NCBI GenBank assembly: GCA_964362125.1
Contig: CAYICS010000002.1
Span: 9,302-73,301 of the forward strand
DNA: 64,000 bases
Source of the DNA: an uncultured Candidatus Saccharibacteria bacterium
GTDB taxonomy: Bacteria; Patescibacteriota; Minisyncoccia; UBA6257; UBA11618
Direction: 5' to 3'
The position numbers and the translations under genes were made by a program. The notes beneath the pieces were generated by a model that searched no databases, was not told where the DNA came from, and worked only from the letters and a program-made list of their open reading frames with translations. This document shows positions 49,522 through 58,129 of the stretch, piece by piece (positions within the stretch are counted from its first letter, which is position 1; each line of letters starts with the position of its first letter).

Positions 49522-50541
49522 ATGCCGCGGCGCTTTTTCCCCCAAAAATTTTTATCCCGCTTGGTCAGGTTTATTAAGAATCAGCCGCCTCTTGCCACAA
49601 AGGATGTTTTTATTGGCGGCCTGCCTGTTGGCCGGGGCCGCCCCTGCTTTTTTGCGGCAGAAATCGGGATTAACCACAATGGCAGTTTGGAAATTGCCAA
49701 GAAGCTTATTGATGCCGCCGCCTTTGCCGGCGCCCAAGCTGTTAAATTTCAAAAACGGACCGTTGCTAAAGTTTACTCTCCTGAAGAACTGGCCAAGCCG
49801 CGGGTTGTGGATAGGGCGGTTTTGGAAAATGCCGTTAAGCGCGGCGTCCTTTCCCGGGAAGCGGTTGAGCGGCTTCAACGCTCTGACTTTAAAGACAGCA
49901 CCAATGGCGATCTAAAATGGGCTTTGGAATTCACTGAATCTGAATATCGGGAATTATTTGCTTACGCTAAAGAGAGGGGCCTGCTTTGTTTTGCTTCGCC
50001 GTGGGATTTAGACAGTATTGATTTTTTGGAAAAACTTAATCCGCCCTGCCATAAGGTTGCTTCAGCTATGATTACTAATCATTCTCTTTTACGGAAAATC
50101 AGGACTACTGGCCGGCCCATCGTTCTTTCCACTGGTATGAGCACAATGGATGAAATAAAAGCGGCTATTAATATCGCTGGTCTGGATAATCTGATTATTC
50201 TTCATACTGTTTCCACTTATCCTTCAAAAGAAGAAGAGCTTAATTTGCAGTTAATTACCCATTTGCGCGGGCTTTTCCCAACTGTGCCTATTGGCTACAG
50301 CGGCCATGAAAAAACTCTTGCGCCATCATTAATGGCAGTCAGCTTAGGGGCGCACTTGATTGAACGTCATTTGACACTGGACAAAACAATGTTCGGCACT
50401 GATCAGTCGGCTAGCTTGGAGCCGCAGGAATTTGCCCAACTTATTCACGATGTGCGGCTGATAGAACAGGCGGCCGGCGGCCGGGTGAAGCAAGTGATGT
50501 CTTCAGAGGTGCCGATTAGAGAAAAACTACGGAAAGTTTAA
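49522..50541 (+). CDS. neuB: N-acetylneuraminate/nonulosonate synthase family, without the C-terminal AFP-like domain
   Basis: AEIGINHNG, AVKFQKR, K.AS, LSTGM, H..S.YP, GYSGHE, IERH.TLD. Confidence 0.93.
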   Translation: MPRRFFPQKFLSRLVRFIKNQPPLATKDVFIGGLPVGRGRPCFFAAEIGINHNGSLEIAKKLIDAAAFAGAQAVKFQKRTVAKVYSPEELAKPRVVDRAVLENAVKRGVLSREAVERLQRSDFKDSTNGDLKWALEFTESEYRELFAYAKERGLLCFASPWDLDSIDFLEKLNPPCHKVASAMITNHSLLRKIRTTGRPIVLSTGMSTMDEIKAAINIAGLDNLIILHTVSTYPSKEEELNLQLITHLRGLFPTVPIGYSGHEKTLAPSLMAVSLGAHLIERHLTLDKTMFGTDQSASLEPQEFAQLIHDVRLIEQAAGGRVKQVMSSEVPIREKLRKV

Positions 50542-50554
50542 GAAGAATCTGTTA

Positions 50555-50611
50555 GTTAAAAATATTAACAACTTATGGTGCGGTCGTTATAAATTTGTTA
50601 ATATTTTCAAC
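50555..50611. repeat. AT-rich imperfect hairpin
   Basis: AAAATATTAACAA (50559-50571) / TTGTTAATATTTT (50595-50607). Confidence 0.65.
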
Positions 50612-50704
50612 AAGTTTATTGGCAGTACCGCGCGGCAATAAAAGCTTGCCAAGATCTCGGGTTTATTATAATATATAGCCGGTTCTCAATAATCCAATAT
50701 AGAA

Positions 50705-50743
50705 ATTTGTGTTGACGGCGGGATCACAGTCACTGTTACCTGA
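50705..50743 (+). pseudogene. Terminal codons of a third SDR paralog
   Basis: Translates ICVDGGITVTVT*, the C-terminus shared by both intact SDRs. Confidence 0.8.
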
Positions 50744-50757
50744 AATGGAGGTGGATA

Positions 50758-51906
50758 GTGTCCAGCAAGCTGTTCGTGTTTGTGGTGGGAGATATCGGCG
50801 GCGCCAAAATGATACTGCCGGTGATTCCCCTGTTCAAGAAAGCAGGAGTGGATGTGGAGGTGATGGCCGACAGTGAAGGCGAGGGCTATAAAGTTCTCAA
50901 TGAGGCCGGCGTCAAGACTTACAACATCACTGAAGCTGATGTTGGCGGGACAAGAGGGGTGCCGTTGGAAGAGGCGAATCTTCTTTTCATCGGCACCTGC
51001 GGCACAGCCAATAAGTTAGAGAGAGGAGCAGCTGCTCAGTATTTCAGTCAGAAGCCAATAGTGTTAGGGGCTGATGGCTTCTTCAATCACAACCGGTTGG
51101 ATTGGCGCGAGGCCAAAGCTGATTACTGGTTTGCCATTACTGAAGAACACACCATTGATATCCGGAGGCGCCGGCCCAATCTGGCGCCGGATAAAGTACT
51201 GGTCGTCGGCAATCCGGCTTTTGATAATTTGCCGACGCTCTACAAGCGCAAAGGCGAGGTGCGACAGCAAAGACGGCAGGAACTGGGGCTGACTGATAAC
51301 CAAATCCTGGCTATCTGGTGGTCGCAAGGCACAGAGTGCGTCTTGAGAGAAGATGTCGCCTATACCTTTGAATCAATTCAATGTCTCTCTTGTCTTGGCC
51401 GACCAGTGATGTTTGCGGCAATGGTTCATCCCAAAGTGGAGAGAATTAGGGCTGGCTACATCGCCGAGATCTATAAGCAAATAGAGACGACGGCGATTCA
51501 GTGCCGCGTTGATGTTCTTCCAGAGAGCGCCGTTAAAGGCAAAATGCCTTTTGAGGAGTTTTGTCTGGCGGCTGATGTCATCTTTGACATCACCAGCACT
51601 GAGGGCATCAAAAGCAATATTCTTGGCGGCCCGCCGCTGATTCACTTCGCTGGCGTTGAAACCAGACGCTGGTTTGAGCAAGATCTGGGATTGGAACCGC
51701 CAGACTATCTGCCAGACGTGCGCACTGGCCAATCGTTTACTGCCAATGATTTTATACAGCTGGCTGAAACGATTAGAGCGGCCGTTAGAGGTAATTCTCC
51801 TCTGCCTCGGGAAGAATATCTAAAACAATGCAGTTGGCAGCCGCCAACCATCCACAATGCCGCCGAAAGAATCGCCGAGGCGCTGTTGGAGATAGGCGGT
51901 GTGTAA
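50758..51906 (+). CDS. GT-B fold protein (candidate nonulosonate transferase)
   Basis: GD.GGA, VVGNPAFD, HPK, ADV....ST, AAERIA; SD GGAGG. Confidence 0.55.
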   Translation: MSSKLFVFVVGDIGGAKMILPVIPLFKKAGVDVEVMADSEGEGYKVLNEAGVKTYNITEADVGGTRGVPLEEANLLFIGTCGTANKLERGAAAQYFSQKPIVLGADGFFNHNRLDWREAKADYWFAITEEHTIDIRRRRPNLAPDKVLVVGNPAFDNLPTLYKRKGEVRQQRRQELGLTDNQILAIWWSQGTECVLREDVAYTFESIQCLSCLGRPVMFAAMVHPKVERIRAGYIAEIYKQIETTAIQCRVDVLPESAVKGKMPFEEFCLAADVIFDITSTEGIKSNILGGPPLIHFAGVETRRWFEQDLGLEPPDYLPDVRTGQSFTANDFIQLAETIRAAVRGNSPLPREEYLKQCSWQPPTIHNAAERIAEALLEIGGV

Positions 51907-51935
51907 GCCACAGTTTTAAGCTATAAGGCATAAGC

Positions 51936-51973
51936 GGGCGGTTGGGGAGGGAGCTTCCCAACCGCCTATTTTT
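51936..51973 (+). terminator. Intrinsic terminator
   Basis: GGGCGGTTGGGGAG-GGAG-CTTCCCAACCGCCT-ATTTTT. Confidence 0.85.
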
Positions 51974-51992
51974 GTTGTATAATTTTGTAACC

Positions 51993-52934
51993 ATGAAAAT
52001 TCTTCACTGGAAAATCAACCCGGTTTTACAAAAAACAACAGAAGCTGACTATCGAAATCAACTGGCGGCAAAACTACAAGACCACGACGCCCTGACAATT
52101 CTTCGAGATCTAAGTTTAGACGGAGTGGCGCCGAATATAACTTTTCAGGATTTGGAAAATCTGATTAAGTTTACTGAAAAAAAATTCCTGGAGAGAAAAT
52201 TATCCGGAGTGGGCTTGGAATTGGGTTCGGGGCCGGCGCCTTTTAGTGCTGTTTTAGCCAAACGACCCGAGATACAAAAGATGTATGCGGTCGAGCTTTG
52301 CCGGCCGATTGTGGAGATTCTTCTGCCGAAAATGGCTGAGGCGGCGGCCGGCCCGGCGGCTGGCAAAATTGTTGGCTGTGTCGGAGAATTTGATAATTTG
52401 GAACTGCCGGATAATTATCTTGATTTTATGATTGATTTTTTTTCTTTGCATCACTCCCCTGACCCGATTAAAACTTTGAAAGAATGCCGGCGCGTCTTAA
52501 AATCAGGCGGGGTTATTATTTGTTTTGACAAAGCCCGGCCCGATGACCTGACAACCGCTGATCTTGATCGTCTGCTGGATAAAGAATACGAAGATGATTT
52601 TAAAAAGCGAATGGGCATTCCCTTAACCCAAAAACTCACCCGCCGCCAGAACGGCGAACACGAATACCGTTTGAAGGATTGGCAAAATTATTTTAATCAG
52701 TCTGGTTTCTCCGAATTTTATCATTTTCGCCTTGACCAGTGCCGCAGTGGACTTTTTCCAATAAAGATGATAAAATATATACTGTCAATTTTACCCGTAA
52801 AAATGGAGACAATGATCACCCAATTTTTACCTCAATCACTAGATCAATATCAGCTGGCTTGGGATAATCGCCTTTTCACGCCGATCATTAACAATTTCCG
52901 CAAGGAGATGTCATTGATGATTGCTTCCCAGTAA
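51993..52934 (+). CDS. Class I SAM-dependent methyltransferase
   Basis: LELGSG, SLHH..DP...LKE..RVLK.GG. Confidence 0.85.
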   Translation: MKILHWKINPVLQKTTEADYRNQLAAKLQDHDALTILRDLSLDGVAPNITFQDLENLIKFTEKKFLERKLSGVGLELGSGPAPFSAVLAKRPEIQKMYAVELCRPIVEILLPKMAEAAAGPAAGKIVGCVGEFDNLELPDNYLDFMIDFFSLHHSPDPIKTLKECRRVLKSGGVIICFDKARPDDLTTADLDRLLDKEYEDDFKKRMGIPLTQKLTRRQNGEHEYRLKDWQNYFNQSGFSEFYHFRLDQCRSGLFPIKMIKYILSILPVKMETMITQFLPQSLDQYQLAWDNRLFTPIINNFRKEMSLMIASQ

Positions 52935-54182
52935 ACGGCTTTTCTCAATTTCCCAAATAAAAATATTAATAATAATATTAATAATCCGGCTTATTATGTA
53001 AGCGGTCACCATGCCAGCGATGCCCATAGTCAGACCTAAAGTTATATAAAGGATCAGTCTTACGATAGTTCCAAGAATGGTGGATGTATAAATTCCTCTA
53101 ATAAGTTTTTGTGAGAAAAAGACCGCCCCGATAAAGCCGGCGCTCAAACCCAAAGCCATATCAATGGCCAGCATCCGGGAATAGATAACCGCATCGGGAT
53201 ATTTGGGAAAGATTATTTGAAAAAGAGTAGAAGCAATCAGGGCGTAGACTATGCCAACCGCCGCTCCGATTATAAATGTCTGAAATAATCTTCTATAAAA
53301 TATCCTGCTTACTTCCGCTGAATTTTTTTCTGAAAGTTTAGGAAGAAAAGTGCCTGACAGCGACTTTAAAAAAGTATAGATGTTGTTAGGGAATGTTTGG
53401 GCAATGGCGTACAAGGCCAAGGTTTCCGGCCCCTTCATTCCGAAAAGAATAATACTGTCTAATTGTCTGGCGATAACATTAAAAATTTCTACAATAGTGA
53501 GGTGCCGGGCATAATTTTTAAATCCTTCATCGCTGACGGAGGTTAAAGGTTTTGATTGGTATTTTTTCTTTGTTGCCAGATAGAAAAGAAAACTTTGGAT
53601 TGCTTCCACAAAAGCAAATACCGCTATCAAAAAAATAACATTGTTGAAAATTAGTAAAGCAGCCACCGTTAAAATGGCGGTAGTCAATTCCTCCACCGAG
53701 ACATAGATAGCCGATTGTTTAAAATCCTTCTTGCCGGCAAGATAAGAACGATAGAGCCGAAAGGCGGTTATTAAAGGAGTGAATATGCCTAAAATTAATA
53801 AGGAGATGCCGATAACTAGCGAGTCCTTCATCAAGTAGTAAGAAGCAACGATAAAACAAGCCAAAACGTAGATAAACCCCCATCTTATTTGGTAAGCAAC
53901 TCCTTTATCAAGAGCGTTGTTATCGCTTTTAGCCACCGCTTGCACAATGGCTGTGCCTAAACCGCGAATGGTAAAAATCATCAATGTCCCGATTAATGAG
54001 AAAATAAATTTATAGGTGCCGTAGTCAGCCTTATCAAAAATGTTGGCCAGAGCAATTCCGGAAATAAGAGAGGCGGCCATCGCCGAAACATTTTCCAGCC
54101 CTATCCAGAAGCCGCCTTTAACAAAATAACGAACATCTGTCCGCGTCTTTTTTTCCAAAAATAAAAGTGTCTTTTTTAACAT
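52911..54182 (-). CDS. Wzx-like oligosaccharide flippase
   Basis: About 12 TM segments, LA......YG.Y, LD..IL.....E.LA.Y.IA, LPKLS. Confidence 0.85.
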   Translation of the reverse strand: MLKKTLLFLEKKTRTDVRYFVKGGFWIGLENVSAMAASLISGIALANIFDKADYGTYKFIFSLIGTLMIFTIRGLGTAIVQAVAKSDNNALDKGVAYQIRWGFIYVLACFIVASYYLMKDSLVIGISLLILGIFTPLITAFRLYRSYLAGKKDFKQSAIYVSVEELTTAILTVAALLIFNNVIFLIAVFAFVEAIQSFLFYLATKKKYQSKPLTSVSDEGFKNYARHLTIVEIFNVIARQLDSIILFGMKGPETLALYAIAQTFPNNIYTFLKSLSGTFLPKLSEKNSAEVSRIFYRRLFQTFIIGAAVGIVYALIASTLFQIIFPKYPDAVIYSRMLAIDMALGLSAGFIGAVFFSQKLIRGIYTSTILGTIVRLILYITLGLTMGIAGMVTAYIISRIINIIINIFIWEIEKSRLLGSNHQ

Positions 54183-54235
54183 TGACGGGTTTTTATTATT
54201 GTGTAATAATAACACATTAATAAACTACTGCCAAT

Positions 54236-55273
54236 ATGAGGAAAATAAATGAAAGATGTTTTAAAGTTAGGGCATTTTTGAGGAAACTAAAACTAAGAAC
54301 GATTACTCTTGATGAAAGCATCCCTCTAAATCATCAGGAAGACTGTCCTGCCTGCGGCTCCCGGCTTATTTTACTCTGTTCGCTTTTTAACTCTGATAAT
54401 TCTCTGAAATTAAGGATTGGCTTTTGTGATGGCTGCGGTTACAGCGGCTATCAAGACCGGCCCGCCGAACAATGGCTGGAAAAATTTTATGCCTCAAAAT
54501 GGGATAGGGCCCGCCAGCCATTTTTAAATCTGTCCCAAAGCCATTTTCGGGCTTTGGAGTTAATAGAAAAACTGGCCGTTAATAAAAATCGGGGCGTTTT
54601 GGAAATTGGCTGCGGCTACGGCGCCGCTCTTGATTATTTTAAGAAACAAAATTTTAGCAGAGTGGTCGGCTTTGAGCCGTCGCTCCATCGGGCCGAAGCG
54701 GCCATCGAACACTTTGGCGCCGTTATTATTAATGACTTAAACCAAGCCAGCCGGCCCTTTGGTTTAATTTTTAGTCATCATGTTATTGAACATGTTTATA
54801 ATCCTAATCAATTTATCAAAACAGCCGCTTCGCTTCAGGAAGATGGCGACTTTTTAATTTTATCCCTGCCCAATGTCGTTGGCGAACATAGCGGTTATAA
54901 CATCTTTTACCTCCCCCATCTCCATGCTTTTTCTAAACAAGCTGTGGAAGCTCTTTTAAATAAAAACGGCTATGAGATTTTAATTGATCATTCGCCCAGC
55001 GATCTTAATACTATTATCGGGGCGGTTAAAAGAAAAAATCCAAAAAGTATTTTCCGGAAAGACACTGAATACCAAAAATTTTATATTGAGAAATTTCAGA
55101 AAGAGCTGGCTTTAAACCGGTTAATCGGGGGCTTTTATTTATGGCGTTGGGATCCGCGGGACAAAAAGGGCGGCGGCGCCTATATTTTTATAGTAAAATC
55201 GCTTAAAAGAAGATTTTCTGATTCTCCTTTTGAAATTCAATTCACCGGGGAAATTAAATTGCTGGTAAAATAA
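54236..55273 (+). CDS. Class I SAM-dependent methyltransferase with Zn-ribbon
   Basis: CPAC...CDGC, LEIGCGYG, HVIEHV..P. Confidence 0.87.
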   Translation: MRKINERCFKVRAFLRKLKLRTITLDESIPLNHQEDCPACGSRLILLCSLFNSDNSLKLRIGFCDGCGYSGYQDRPAEQWLEKFYASKWDRARQPFLNLSQSHFRALELIEKLAVNKNRGVLEIGCGYGAALDYFKKQNFSRVVGFEPSLHRAEAAIEHFGAVIINDLNQASRPFGLIFSHHVIEHVYNPNQFIKTAASLQEDGDFLILSLPNVVGEHSGYNIFYLPHLHAFSKQAVEALLNKNGYEILIDHSPSDLNTIIGAVKRKNPKSIFRKDTEYQKFYIEKFQKELALNRLIGGFYLWRWDPRDKKGGGAYIFIVKSLKRRFSDSPFEIQFTGEIKLLVK

Positions 55274-55277
55274 AAAG

Positions 55278-56837
55278 ATGCTGGAGTTTTTTGATGAAAA
55301 AGCTATTGGAGAATTAAAAAATAAAAAGCAGACGGCGCCGTCAGGTTTTCATTATGGTTTTACTGAAAATATTTTTAAAGAAGATGTTTATCAGAAATTA
55401 ACTAACACTTTTCCTGATATCAAGAGCTTTAAGCTGGTTGATAAAATGTCCGGCGGCGGCCACAAACGTTTTTATGTCGGGCCGGATTACTATAGCGGCA
55501 AGGACTGGGGCTGTATTTGTCATATGAAAAACCTGCCGGAAATCTGGCAGAAAGTTCTTTTAGAATCAGCCGCGCCGGAATTTATTGAAATGTTGAGTAC
55601 AGCCACCGGCATAAAATTTAATTCTCTTTGCAACTTTGGTTTTGCCTATGGCAATGAGGGTTGTGTTCAGGAGCCGCATATTGATGGCGCCGCCCGGCCG
55701 GATGACCCATCGCCAGTCCATTCAACCATCGCCTGCCTGCTTTATCTAAACCAAAAGCCCGACGGTTTTACCGGCACTTGTATCTATGCTCCAGACCGGA
55801 AAACAATTATCTTCCAAGTGCCCAATCTGCGTAACTCTATGTCATTTTTTAAACAACACCCTTCTGCCTGGCATGGTTTTCCTCAAGTGCCAAAAGGCGA
55901 AAGTCGACGAATAATCAGTTTATCTTACAGTCAGGAAGCCGCCCCAATTGCCTTAAAAACATTTAAAGAACATAATCCTTTGCCTTATCTTGGTGACCGC
56001 CGGATACTTCAATGCGGCAGCTGCGGCATTGTTTTTTTATCACCCGAAATATCTATGAAAGATTCGGAGAGTTATTACCGTGAAGGCGATTATTGGCGGG
56101 ATAAATTAAACGATCCTCTGCAAAGAGAAATGTTGAGTCGTAACGCCCGGGCGATGCTTTCTTTAATTACCTTACATAAAAAACCTGATAAATCTGTTAA
56201 GTTACTGGACATCGGCTCTCACGAAGGAACTTTTGTGGAAGAAGCCCTTAAATTTGGTTATCAAGCCCAAGGCATTGAGCCTAATAAGAGAATCGCCGCC
56301 GAGGCCCGGGCCAGAGGCCTGCCCATTACTGAAGGCGCTATTGAAAGTTTAGCCGGTGAAGAAAAATTTGATATTATCACCCTCTTTCACGTTCTGGAAC
56401 ATCTGCCCGATCCCCAATTGGCTCTTGAAAAAATAAAAAATCACTTGAAGACAGACGGGATTTTAGCGCTGGAGATTCCCAATATCGAAAGTTATTTGGC
56501 TAAGCGCCACGGACTTTCCTGGAAATTTATTGCTCTGGAACATCTTTGGTATTTTTCGCCGCTGACCTTAAAGCATCTTTTAAAAGAAGCGGGATTTGAA
56601 ATAACTTTTTCCTTAAAAAGAAACGGTGAAATTCCTTACTTGAGCTTGGGGGATATCCGGCAGTATTTCCGGCCTAATCCCAATTATTATAAAGACCGCT
56701 TTAAGATGAAAGTTTCTGCTCCGGCCGCCGGGCTGTTAAAAATAAGATTTAAATTATTAAAAAGATTTTTAGCTGCTATTATTTATATCTTAGGCCGGGC
56801 TGATCATTTTTTTGTAATCGCTAAAAAAATATTGTGA
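55278..56837 (+). CDS. Fusion of 2OG-Fe(II) oxygenase-like domain and SAM methyltransferase
   Basis: PHID...LLYLN...GT...AWHG...RR; then C..CG, LDIGS..G, FHVLEHL.DP. Confidence 0.8.
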   Translation: MLEFFDEKAIGELKNKKQTAPSGFHYGFTENIFKEDVYQKLTNTFPDIKSFKLVDKMSGGGHKRFYVGPDYYSGKDWGCICHMKNLPEIWQKVLLESAAPEFIEMLSTATGIKFNSLCNFGFAYGNEGCVQEPHIDGAARPDDPSPVHSTIACLLYLNQKPDGFTGTCIYAPDRKTIIFQVPNLRNSMSFFKQHPSAWHGFPQVPKGESRRIISLSYSQEAAPIALKTFKEHNPLPYLGDRRILQCGSCGIVFLSPEISMKDSESYYREGDYWRDKLNDPLQREMLSRNARAMLSLITLHKKPDKSVKLLDIGSHEGTFVEEALKFGYQAQGIEPNKRIAAEARARGLPITEGAIESLAGEEKFDIITLFHVLEHLPDPQLALEKIKNHLKTDGILALEIPNIESYLAKRHGLSWKFIALEHLWYFSPLTLKHLLKEAGFEITFSLKRNGEIPYLSLGDIRQYFRPNPNYYKDRFKMKVSAPAAGLLKIRFKLLKRFLAAIIYILGRADHFFVIAKKIL

Positions 56838-56877
56838 TTATACTCAAAAGTTGCACGTGCAACTTTTGAGTATAATC
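56836..56877. repeat. Perfect 42-bp palindrome between convergent genes
   Basis: GATTATACTCAAAAGTTGCAC|GTGCAACTTTTGAGTATAATC. Confidence 0.92.
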
Positions 56878-56892
56878 GAAAAATACTAAATT

Positions 56893-58128
56893 TTAATTTT
56901 TCTCAACTACAGCAATAGAACCGTAGCCGAAATTTCTAATAATTGGTTTGGCTTTGAATTGATCCAGCCATTTAATCAGCGTCAGGAACCGATTAAAGTA
57001 GGGCAGGCAAAGCGACGAGGCCTCAAAATGAATAATCTTAAAGCCGGCCTGTCTCAGTTGACTGCGCATTACCCAGGGATAACGCCAAAGATGAGGCAAA
57101 ACCGGGTTGCCGCTGTAGGCCTCGTCAACCCCGGCGCCCCCCAAATTCAGAATAATCCTCACCAAACCGACGAACCAGGCAAAAAGCGACCAGCGGGAAA
57201 CAGCCCAAAAATTATCTCCGCCCAAAATCACGGCGGCGCAAGGATTAAAGCAGGTAGGCATAGCAATGATGGCCCTTTTTCTGGTTACGCGGTGAATTTC
57301 TTTTAATCCTTTCCTGAAATCAGGCAGGTGTTCCAAAACATGCGAACTAACCACCAGATCAAAAGAATTATCCGGGAAAGGCAGGTTCTCGGCGTCAGCT
57401 GTCAGAAATTCTATTTTTCCAGCCAATCCTTCTTTCTCCGCGTATTCCCGGGCGCGCGCGATATTAGGCGCAGAGATGTCGCAGGTGGTTAATTTTATTC
57501 CCTTGCCAGCCAACATTATAGCCAGAGCGCCGTCACCACAACCATTATCCAACACTGTTTCTTCCGGGTTAATGAAAAAAATTATTGATTCAAACTCTGT
57601 TTGATGGGCATAGTGGCGAAGCGGAAATTTTTGAGAAAGCCGGCCTTCTTTTACCGATTCTTCTTTAGTTTGATAAATAATTTTAATTTTTTCTGAAGCC
57701 ACAACTAATTCTTCTTTTTTAAAAACCGCCAGCATCAAAAAAAAGAAGGTGGCCAAAATCAAAAGATAAGAAAGGGCCTGTGATAAACCAGCGCCGTTTA
57801 ACAAAGAAATTATACCTAAAGTCGGCTGATACCAGATGGTGACAAAGATAATCAATAAACTGCCGGCGCCGACAAAAAATAATTGTCTAAAGCGTGAGAA
57901 AAAAACATTCTCAATGCGGCTGACGGTCTTTTTTAATCCTCTATATTTAATCTGGTAATAAACTTCAATAAGAATGATGGCCAAAAGATAATAAATAATA
58001 CTCCGGCCGGGGAGGCCGGCTTGGCTTAAAGATCGTTCGCTTAGCCAGTCAATAATCAGGATGGTAACAATTAAACCGACGTTCCACTTAAAACTGGCGT
58101 TATTTATTTCCAAAAGCAGCCGCTCCAT
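56893..58128 (-). CDS. Membrane-anchored (about 4 TM) SAM-dependent methyltransferase
   Basis: Hydrophobic N-terminus; VLDNGCGDG, DAE.LPF.DNSFD, HVLEHL. Confidence 0.85.
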   Translation of the reverse strand: MERLLLEINNASFKWNVGLIVTILIIDWLSERSLSQAGLPGRSIIYYLLAIILIEVYYQIKYRGLKKTVSRIENVFFSRFRQLFFVGAGSLLIIFVTIWYQPTLGIISLLNGAGLSQALSYLLILATFFFLMLAVFKKEELVVASEKIKIIYQTKEESVKEGRLSQKFPLRHYAHQTEFESIIFFINPEETVLDNGCGDGALAIMLAGKGIKLTTCDISAPNIARAREYAEKEGLAGKIEFLTADAENLPFPDNSFDLVVSSHVLEHLPDFRKGLKEIHRVTRKRAIIAMPTCFNPCAAVILGGDNFWAVSRWSLFAWFVGLVRIILNLGGAGVDEAYSGNPVLPHLWRYPWVMRSQLRQAGFKIIHFEASSLCLPYFNRFLTLIKWLDQFKAKPIIRNFGYGSIAVVEKN

Positions 58129-58129
58129 T

